DNA from: Nitrososphaerota archaeon
GTDB lineage: Archaea; Thermoproteota; Nitrososphaeria; Nitrososphaerales; UBA57
Direction of reading: 5' to 3'
Length of the DNA: 32,000 bases
NCBI GenBank assembly: GCA_002713205.1
Contig: PAVW01000018.1
Location: 15,184 to 47,183, forward strand
The notes beneath the pieces were generated by a model. The model saw only the letters and a list, made by a program, of their open reading frames with translations. It did not search any database and was not told where the DNA came from. This document shows positions 9,206-16,127 of the stretch, piece after piece; within the stretch, counting starts at the first letter, position 1; every line of letters begins with the position of its first letter. The position numbers and the translations under genes were made by a program.

Positions 9206-9260
9206 GTTGAACAACATGAATAAGAAACATTCAAATATAAATGTTGTGCAACATGCACAA
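9203..9260. promoter_or_regulatory. Bidirectional control region with a duplicated 16-bp palindrome (operator-like)
   Basis: CATGTTG-aa-CAACATG (9203-9218) and AATGTTG-tg-CAACATG (9240-9255) are 37 bp apart centre to centre. A TTGTGCA-aca-TGCACAA palindrome (9244-9260) overlaps the second site. An AAATATAAA TATA-like element lies at 9233-9241. Confidence 0.6.
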
Positions 9261-9279
9261 TTAATGGATTTGTTATGAT

Positions 9280-9726
9280 TTGGATTTAGAAACAAATAAA
9301 GTTACTATAAAATTAAAACGAGGAAGTTGGGAAGTTGAAATCACTTGCCCAGAGGATAAAGTAAAACAAATTGTCGAAAATGTATTAAGTGGCTTGGATA
9401 AGGACAAATCTATTAAACAGGAAATTCAAGATCTTCCAGCTGTTCATTCTATGACCAATGATGAAATTATGAAAGCCGACGTAGTAACAAAATCCAAAGA
9501 TCATGTTATTTGTAGGGATTTAATTCAATTATTATGGCAGGAAAATTGGTTTCAAACTGAAAAAAATCTTTCTAATGTTTATGAGGAATTGGCCAGACGT
9601 GGTTATCATTATGATAAAACTAGTATATCGCATTCATTAGCTGATTTAGTTAGAGAAACTACTTTAACACGTGTTGGTTCTATAAGAAATTATCGATATA
9701 TACAAAAAAGACCTCCATCACCATAA
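9280..9726 (+). CDS. two-domain protein, N-terminal beta-rich module + C-terminal winged-helix (paralog 1 of 3)
   Basis: 148 aa. TTG is the only canonical start after the in-frame TAA at 9262-9264. The N-terminus is VTIKLKRGSWEVEITCPEDKVKQIVENVL. The C-terminus LSNVYEELARRGYHYDKTSISHSLADLVRETTLTRVGSIRNYRYI has a wHTH pattern. Confidence 0.6.
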   Translation: MDLETNKVTIKLKRGSWEVEITCPEDKVKQIVENVLSGLDKDKSIKQEIQDLPAVHSMTNDEIMKADVVTKSKDHVICRDLIQLLWQENWFQTEKNLSNVYEELARRGYHYDKTSISHSLADLVRETTLTRVGSIRNYRYIQKRPPSP

Positions 9727-9758
9727 AAGTATATTAATTTATTTTAGAAATATATAGT

Positions 9759-10250
9759 ATGAAAGAATCTCCTATTAAAATAAAACTTCATATATCTAAT
9801 GCTGAAATTGAATTAGAATGTGCTTTAGAAGAAATGTCTGAAGTCCTCAAATTTATTCCTGAATTAATTGGTATTCTTTCTAATAATGTAAAAAGTATTC
9901 CAAAATCGTTAACACCTGTTTTAAACAAGTCTGATATTAGTGATGATCTTCCTGATATTTCTGTTAGTAGATCAGATTCTCTAACTGCCATTTTAATTAA
10001 ATTGTTTAGTAGTTCGTGGTCATCTAGTCCAAAAAAATTAAATGAAATTCGCGAAGCTCTTAACTCTTATGGACTAATATATCCGAAACAATCCGTTGCA
10101 GTAACTCTTTTACGAATGGCTCAGTCTGGTAAATTACGACGATTTAAAAGTAGTAGCGGTGAATATGTTTATACTCCATCAACTTCTCTTTTTTCAACTT
10201 CTAATTCATTAGTCTCTAATTCATTAAATATTTCATCTAAATCAGCATGA
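9759..10250 (+). CDS. two-domain protein, N-terminal beta-rich module + C-terminal winged-helix (paralog 2 of 3)
   Basis: 163 aa. IKIKLHISNAEIELECALEEMSEVLKFIPEL aligns to paralog 1. The C-terminus W..SPKKLNEIREALNSYGLIYPKQSVAVTLLRMAQSGKLRRFKSSSGEYVYT aligns to the paralog 1 wHTH. The tail is Ser-rich. Confidence 0.65.
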   Translation: MKESPIKIKLHISNAEIELECALEEMSEVLKFIPELIGILSNNVKSIPKSLTPVLNKSDISDDLPDISVSRSDSLTAILIKLFSSSWSSSPKKLNEIREALNSYGLIYPKQSVAVTLLRMAQSGKLRRFKSSSGEYVYTPSTSLFSTSNSLVSNSLNISSKSA

Positions 10251-10257
10251 TTATGGA

Positions 10258-10758
10258 ATGATAAAATTGACTGATATTATTGTTTCAATAACATTTGAAG
10301 ACACAAAAATTGATTTTAAAGGAGAACCTAATGATGTTCTAGTTTCAATAAATGAATTCTTTTTAAAACAAATTCCAAATCTTGATTTAGCTAAAAAAAT
10401 TTCTGTAAATTATTCATTGGAACAATTAATATCTATTTTTTCTGAATATATCAAATTAACTCCAGAAGGTCCTAGAATCTGGATAGAAAATAAGAAATTA
10501 AGTGATAGGGAGAAAATATGTTTGCAATTAATTGCTTTTCATATAGGTTATTTGGCTAAAAATTCAAATAATTCACAAATTAGTATGAATATTATTTCAA
10601 ATCTTACAGGTCTTAACTCTAAATCAATTAGTTCCAGATTAAGTGAATTACAAAAATTGGGTTATGTCAAAAAACATAATATTGATAATAAAATTTTATT
10701 TCAAATAACAACACAAGGTATTTATTGGTTTGAACAAATTATTATTAAAAAAGTATGA
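10258..10758 (+). CDS. two-domain protein, N-terminal beta-rich module + C-terminal winged-helix (paralog 3 of 3, more divergent)
   Basis: 166 aa. IIVSITFEDTKIDFKGEPNDVLVSINEFFLKQI, and a C-terminal MNIISNLTGLNSKSISSRLSELQKLGYVKKHNIDNKILFQIT (helix-turn-helix plus wing). It begins 7 nt after paralog 2. Confidence 0.65.
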   Translation: MIKLTDIIVSITFEDTKIDFKGEPNDVLVSINEFFLKQIPNLDLAKKISVNYSLEQLISIFSEYIKLTPEGPRIWIENKKLSDREKICLQLIAFHIGYLAKNSNNSQISMNIISNLTGLNSKSISSRLSELQKLGYVKKHNIDNKILFQITTQGIYWFEQIIIKKV

Positions 10759-10785
10759 TTATGTATTTTTAATGTGAGTTGTGTT

Positions 10786-11175
10786 ATGAAAAAATTAACT
10801 ATAGTTTTGAGTTTATTAACAATATCCCTTGGTCTTTTAGGCGGACAAGCAGCTAATAATATATTTGAAGAAGTTGAAATGTTAGAAGAACAAAATCTGA
10901 ATCCAGCTAATAATGAAAATAGAGCTCCTGCTTCACCAGAATATATTGGAGCCCTTTATGACGAAGGATCTTTTGTTGCATTTTTTAGCCGAGCTTTAAT
11001 ATTTCTTGGTGTATTTTTCACCCTTTATGGTTTTATCGATGACTTAAAAAAACTTAAACGAAAAGATATATCAAAAAATTCTGAGAATACAGTAAAACTT
11101 GAAGAAACATATGAAGAATTTAAACTAAGAAAGAAAAAATTTCGAGAAGCGCAGCGAAAACAAGTTTCTAATTAA
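10786..11175 (+). CDS. secreted/type-I membrane protein (signal peptide, one C-proximal TM helix, K/R/E-rich cytoplasmic tail)
   Basis: MKKLTIVLSLLTISLGLLGG signal-like N-terminus, an acidic ectodomain, the TM helix ALIFLGVFFTLYGFI, then KKLKRKD..KKKFREAQRK. ATG 10786 is preferred over the ORF-track GTG at 10774. It is the last gene of the wHTH operon. Confidence 0.6.
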   Translation: MKKLTIVLSLLTISLGLLGGQAANNIFEEVEMLEEQNLNPANNENRAPASPEYIGALYDEGSFVAFFSRALIFLGVFFTLYGFIDDLKKLKRKDISKNSENTVKLEETYEEFKLRKKKFREAQRKQVSN

Positions 11176-11179
11176 ATAT

Positions 11180-13006
11180 TTATTTCGAATCTGTAACAAT
11201 TATATTTTTTTGTTGTACTAATGCTTTTATTATATTCTTTCCTAAATCTGAAGATTTTGATACTCGAATTTTATTTTTTTTACCAACTGTAGCTGAAAAA
11301 ATATATTCATTGTTTATATATACATTTAGTTTTTTACTATGTAATTTTCTATTAAATAAAAAATCTAATGAATTTCCTGATTCATGAATAGTATGATTAA
11401 TTTTTTTTCCTAATGAATTATCAAACGGTAATACATCTATACTGATTCCTAATTGCGCTTCTATTTTGTTTATTTCTGATCCTCCTTTACCTATTATTCT
11501 TGGAATAAATGATTTATCTATTTTTACAATTGCATGTGATGCTGATGTGAATTTAATTTCTGCTTGTGTGTTATAATCATTAAAAATATTCTGTAATTCT
11601 TTTTTCACAAATTTTATTTTACTAGTTTCTTTTTCTTCTAATAACGCAACCGGTATGATAATATTTTCATCTCCATATGTATAAATCTCATATTCCAGTT
11701 TTTCATTTTCAAAATCTCGAATTTCTACAACTGGCCTTGTTAAATCTCTTTCAGTCATTCCAGTTGGAACTTTCATAACTAATTCTAATTGATAAATTTT
11801 TGAAATATCTCCATTATTTATGAATATTACAGTATCGATTATGTTACATATCATGCCTATTTCTATACGTCCGATGAATCTTTGGATAGAATTAACAGGA
11901 TTACTTGCATGAACAACACCTATCATTCCTACTCCTGAAAGGCGAAGATCTGAAAAAATCATAAAATCTTTTGATTTTCTAACTTCATCAAATACAGTAT
12001 AATCTGGTCTTACTAATAATAGTACTTCTGCTGTTTTTTCAAAATCACCTTCTAATGGCCCGTATTGTGAAATTTCTGAATCAACTTGTAAATCTTTTGG
12101 AGATTCTATTGTTTTTACAATTTTATTTTTTTTTGAATAAAATTCAGCTAAACTTGATGCAAATGTGCTTTTACCTGAACCAGGAGGTCCTGATACCAAA
12201 ATTCCTTCTGCTGCTGATTCAATTCTATTTTGTAATTTTGGTGAAATTGTATAGTCATCTAGTTTGAGTTTTTTTATTGGTTTTATTATAGTTACTTCTA
12301 TTTTATCTGAAAATGGAGGATTTGTAATAGCAATTCTAAATGAATCAAGTTGAATTACTTTTGCACCATTCTTCATTATTGGCCTATCAACTTTTTTTGC
12401 AATTCTACTAAATTCTTCAATTTCTTTAATAATTTTTTCTATTTCTTCTTTGGTAACTGAATTACCTATCGATTTCATTTTTACTTTACCTGGTTTTCCT
12501 ATTTTAATTCGCACAGGAATTCCTTCAGTTATATGAACACTTGTTGTATTCTTTTCAAAAAATTTTAAAAATTTTAATTCATTTCTATCGATTTTAGTTT
12601 CTATATATTTGACTTCTGCTCCTAATACTTCTGCAACAATTGCTTGTACATAATCTCCTGTATACAATAATGCTTTGTTTTTTATTGCTTCATCTCTAAT
12701 TATTCCATCAATTCTTCCACTTTTTGCTAATTTAATATCTTCTAATGATGGTTTTGAACCTAAATATTTGAATATAATTTTTTTCTGATCTGATAATTTT
12801 CTAAGTTTTTTTAATTCTTCTAAACCTAAAAATCCCACTTCTCTATGTTTTGATGCTTGTGATTGTAATTCATCTAATACGGCTATTGGAATTATAATTT
12901 CACAGTTTTTTAATTCTTTTTTATTTATATTATTTGACAGAATGCCATTAATAATTATACTTGTATCCGGCACAATTTTAATTTTTTTAGTTTTATTTTT
13001 TACCAA
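11180..13006 (-). CDS. PIN domain - PilT-like ATPase - KH domain protein (COG1855 family)
   Basis: N-terminal PIN (KIVPDTSIIINGIL...IIPIAVLDELQ), Walker A SGPPGSGKSTFA, VFDEVR, and a C-terminal KH motif RIIGKGGSEINKIE. TTG start, with in-frame stops immediately upstream. Confidence 0.85.
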   Translation of the reverse strand: MVKNKTKKIKIVPDTSIIINGILSNNINKKELKNCEIIIPIAVLDELQSQASKHREVGFLGLEELKKLRKLSDQKKIIFKYLGSKPSLEDIKLAKSGRIDGIIRDEAIKNKALLYTGDYVQAIVAEVLGAEVKYIETKIDRNELKFLKFFEKNTTSVHITEGIPVRIKIGKPGKVKMKSIGNSVTKEEIEKIIKEIEEFSRIAKKVDRPIMKNGAKVIQLDSFRIAITNPPFSDKIEVTIIKPIKKLKLDDYTISPKLQNRIESAAEGILVSGPPGSGKSTFASSLAEFYSKKNKIVKTIESPKDLQVDSEISQYGPLEGDFEKTAEVLLLVRPDYTVFDEVRKSKDFMIFSDLRLSGVGMIGVVHASNPVNSIQRFIGRIEIGMICNIIDTVIFINNGDISKIYQLELVMKVPTGMTERDLTRPVVEIRDFENEKLEYEIYTYGDENIIIPVALLEEKETSKIKFVKKELQNIFNDYNTQAEIKFTSASHAIVKIDKSFIPRIIGKGGSEINKIEAQLGISIDVLPFDNSLGKKINHTIHESGNSLDFLFNRKLHSKKLNVYINNEYIFSATVGKKNKIRVSKSSDLGKNIIKALVQQKNIIVTDSK

Positions 13007-13098
13007 ATATTATCATCATGTGTATTTTTTTTAATAATTTTAACTTTAATTCGTTATTTATCTTAAGGTTAATATTTTTCTAATAATTATAAAGTATA

Positions 13099-14577
13099 TT
13101 GAATTCATTAACAAAATATGAAGATATATTAATATCTGTAATTAAAGAGGCTCAAAAACACAATGTTGAATTTGTTGAGGCTAGATTTCATTCTACTTGG
13201 AATTTAGTGGCAATATTGAATAATGGTAAATCTGAACCATCAATTTCTTCTGAAACTCAGGGTATTGGAATTCGTATTATTTATGACGGTGTGATGATTT
13301 TTGCTTCAATTAATTCTTATGATTCAATTCCACAACTTATTGAAAAATCAATTTCAACCGCAAAGTCTTCTAAGAAACTTTCAAAAAATCCTATTAAATT
13401 TTCTTCTGAAAAATCAATAAATAAAACATGGGCTGCAGAAGAAAAAGAAAATTTAAAAAATGTAAATATAGATGAAATGATTTCTGAACTTAATAATATT
13501 GATGAATATGTAAAATCATTTAGTTCTGATGTTTCTTTTCCAAAACGAACTCTTATTCTTTCGAATTCAATTGAAGAAAAGTTCTATATTAATAGTGAAG
13601 GCAGTCGTATATTAAGTCGAGTACCTAGAGTTGAATTTCATAGTTATTTAGCTGCTAAAACTAATGGTTCTTTATCAGCAATTTCTATTCCTGCAGGGTA
13701 TGCAGGACTTGGTGGAACTGGTGGTTGGGAAACTATCAAAACATTTAATTTTGATTCATACATTCCTGAACAATTAAAAAATTCTTCTAAATCTATTACA
13801 TCAAAATTAGTAAAATTTGATAATGATGTTGATGTAATTGTTGGCCCTGAGATTGCAGGAATAGTTGCACATGAATCATGTGGACATCCATTTGAAGCTG
13901 ATCGTATTCTGGGTCGAGAAGCAGCTCAAGCAGGTGAATCATACTTAGACTTCGATAGTGTTGAAAAAAAATTTAATTTTGGTACTATTGAAGAAATTGA
14001 TAAATCTGAAGCTTTTGTTAGTGACGATCCAACACTTTCTGGTTCTATGGGTTTTTATTTATTTGATGATGAAGGTGTCGAAGCACACAAACGCACTTTA
14101 CTTCAAGGTGGAATTGTCACTGATCTATTACATAATCGTGAAACATCATTTCAAAAAGATATTCAAAGTAATGCTTCATCACGAAGTGTCGACTATGACC
14201 GTGAACCTATAATCAGAATGTCTAATACATTTATTGAACCAGGGGATTATGATTTTGAAGAATTGGTCGCTGATATAAAATATGGAATTTATATTAAGAA
14301 TTTTATGGAATGGAATATTAATGATACACGAGAGCATCAGAAATATGTTGGTTTGGAAGCATATCTTATTAAAAATGGTATTAAGGATGTTAATGTAAAA
14401 TCTCCTGTTCTTGAACTAACTGCCAAAAAATTCTGGTCTAGTATAGATGGACGTTCTAAAACTTTGAAATTTTCTTCTGCTACATGTGGTAAAGGAGAAC
14501 CAATGCAAGGAGCTCCAGTTTGGACTGGTGGCCCTCACGTCAGGCTGCGAAATCTTCGGGTGGGAAGTCATTCATGA
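13099..14577 (+). CDS. tldD: TldD-family metalloprotease (peptidase U62)
   Basis: HExxxGH motif (AHESCGHPFEAD), FDDEG, and the C-terminal GxC..G..VWTGGP pattern. TTG start, with an in-frame TAA at 13090-13092. Confidence 0.88.
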   Translation: MNSLTKYEDILISVIKEAQKHNVEFVEARFHSTWNLVAILNNGKSEPSISSETQGIGIRIIYDGVMIFASINSYDSIPQLIEKSISTAKSSKKLSKNPIKFSSEKSINKTWAAEEKENLKNVNIDEMISELNNIDEYVKSFSSDVSFPKRTLILSNSIEEKFYINSEGSRILSRVPRVEFHSYLAAKTNGSLSAISIPAGYAGLGGTGGWETIKTFNFDSYIPEQLKNSSKSITSKLVKFDNDVDVIVGPEIAGIVAHESCGHPFEADRILGREAAQAGESYLDFDSVEKKFNFGTIEEIDKSEAFVSDDPTLSGSMGFYLFDDEGVEAHKRTLLQGGIVTDLLHNRETSFQKDIQSNASSRSVDYDREPIIRMSNTFIEPGDYDFEELVADIKYGIYIKNFMEWNINDTREHQKYVGLEAYLIKNGIKDVNVKSPVLELTAKKFWSSIDGRSKTLKFSSATCGKGEPMQGAPVWTGGPHVRLRNLRVGSHS

Positions 14578-15902
14578 CATTGGATTATCTTTTATCTCTT
14601 CTTGAAAATAAAATTTCATCTATTACTTATGACGATTTTTCATTTATTATTGTTAAAGATGTTGAAGATTTGATAAGATTTAGTAATAATGAAATTACCG
14701 TTTTTGCTACAACTGAAAATATTAGTATTGAAATATACATAGGTAAAGATAAAAAACGCACTATTGGCGAAACAACAAATCTTGACGAACAATCTATTTC
14801 AAATTTTATAAATTTATTGTCTAAACAATGTGCTGATTCTCCAATAAATAATGATTATACTAGCCTTCCTCCTGGTCCATTTAATTATGATCATAAAAAT
14901 ATGATTAATGATGAACTGTCAATTGATCATGAATCTATGATTGATCATGTCGAGGTTTCAATTAATTCTGCGTTGAAAGCTGGTGCTTCAAGAGTTTCTG
15001 GTTCTCTCACGAGTTCCAAGTCTGAAATATTATTAAAAACATCTAATGGTACCGAATTAACGGATAAATATAATACCAATTTATTAAATCTTCGAGCATT
15101 TAGCACAACTAATTCAAGTGGTCATGGTTTATCTTGTTCTTCATCTATACGAGATATTGATTCAGAAAATGCAGGTATAAAAGCAGGCGAATATGCAAAA
15201 TTATCTATTAATCCAAAAAATTGTGATATTGGTAAATATGATATATTGTTTACACCTACAGTTGCCGCGGATATATTTCAACATGTTGGATATTCGGCAT
15301 CTGCTTTTTCTGTAGATGCAGGAACATCATTTCTCACAAATAAAATAAATGAAAAAATTTCATCAGACAAACTTTCCATAACTGATGTTGGTAACCCAAT
15401 TAATGGTATATATGGACGTATTTTTGATAATGAAGGCATGCCTACAAAATCTACTACTATAATTAAAAATGGTTTTATGAAAAGTTATCTTCATAATATA
15501 ACCACATCAAATAAGTATAACGTTGAATCTACTGGAAATGCAGGAATAATTGATCCTAGTTGTTGGAATTTAGATGTTTCTTCTGGTGATATGACTTTTG
15601 ATGAACAATTATCATCTATTAAAAATGGATTATTGATTACTAATAATTGGTATACTAGATTTCAAAATCAAATTCTTGGATTATATTCAACCATTCCACG
15701 AGATGCATGTTTTGTAATTAAAAATGGGGAAATTAGTGATTCTATTCATAATATTCGTATCAGTGATAACTTGCCCAGACAATTATTAAATATTGAATCA
15801 TTGTCAAAACAACGTGAATGGATTAAATGGTGGGAAGTAGAAATTCCAACATTATCCCCTTCAGTAATAATTAATAATGTACCTATTACTCGTTCTATGT
15901 AA
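14574..15902 (+). CDS. pmbA: PmbA/TldE-family protein (peptidase U62, TldD partner)
   Basis: Paralogous U62 fold without HExxxGH (FDNEGMPT, NNWYTRF). ATG 14574 overlaps the tldD stop (ATGA). The ORF-track start at 14520 lies inside tldD. Confidence 0.85.
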   Translation: MTLDYLLSLLENKISSITYDDFSFIIVKDVEDLIRFSNNEITVFATTENISIEIYIGKDKKRTIGETTNLDEQSISNFINLLSKQCADSPINNDYTSLPPGPFNYDHKNMINDELSIDHESMIDHVEVSINSALKAGASRVSGSLTSSKSEILLKTSNGTELTDKYNTNLLNLRAFSTTNSSGHGLSCSSSIRDIDSENAGIKAGEYAKLSINPKNCDIGKYDILFTPTVAADIFQHVGYSASAFSVDAGTSFLTNKINEKISSDKLSITDVGNPINGIYGRIFDNEGMPTKSTTIIKNGFMKSYLHNITTSNKYNVESTGNAGIIDPSCWNLDVSSGDMTFDEQLSSIKNGLLITNNWYTRFQNQILGLYSTIPRDACFVIKNGEISDSIHNIRISDNLPRQLLNIESLSKQREWIKWWEVEIPTLSPSVIINNVPITRSM

Positions 15903-15942
15903 AATTATTAATAATAAATATTAGCATGCGGATATAAAAATT

Positions 15943-16089
15943 ATGAATAATTGTTCTATTTGCGGTGAATCGTATTTGCCACAAACTGAAGCACATATTA
16001 TTGAAAATATGTGTTATAGTTGTTTATTTGATCCTGATAGAGAGGACGATGAATCTACTTGTAATTATGATAATGGTAGTAATGTTTAA
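15943..16089 (+). CDS. 48-aa CxxC...CxxC zinc-ribbon-like protein with acidic tail (not in the ORF track)
   Basis: MNNCSICGESYLPQTEAHIIENMCYSCLFDPDREDDESTCNYDNGSNV, translated by hand. It fills an otherwise empty 225-nt gap between pmbA and the thermosome gene. Confidence 0.45.
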   Translation: MNNCSICGESYLPQTEAHIIENMCYSCLFDPDREDDESTCNYDNGSNV

Positions 16090-16127
16090 TTACATAATAC
16101 TTTAAATTACTAACATACAGTGAGATT

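Noticed and set aside
9206-9295. N-terminal extension of the nurA ORF (MFLNPNHNKSINCACCTTFIFECFLFMLFN).
   Set aside because: It would overlap the divergent wHTH gene start and swallow the palindromic control region. NurA similarity begins after the internal ATGs at 9217 and 9205.
14520-14573. ORF-track start of pmbA at 14520, inside tldD.
   Set aside because: ATG 14574 forms a classic ATGA overlap with the tldD stop and gives a normal PmbA N-terminus. The extra 18 residues are read from the tldD coding region in another frame.
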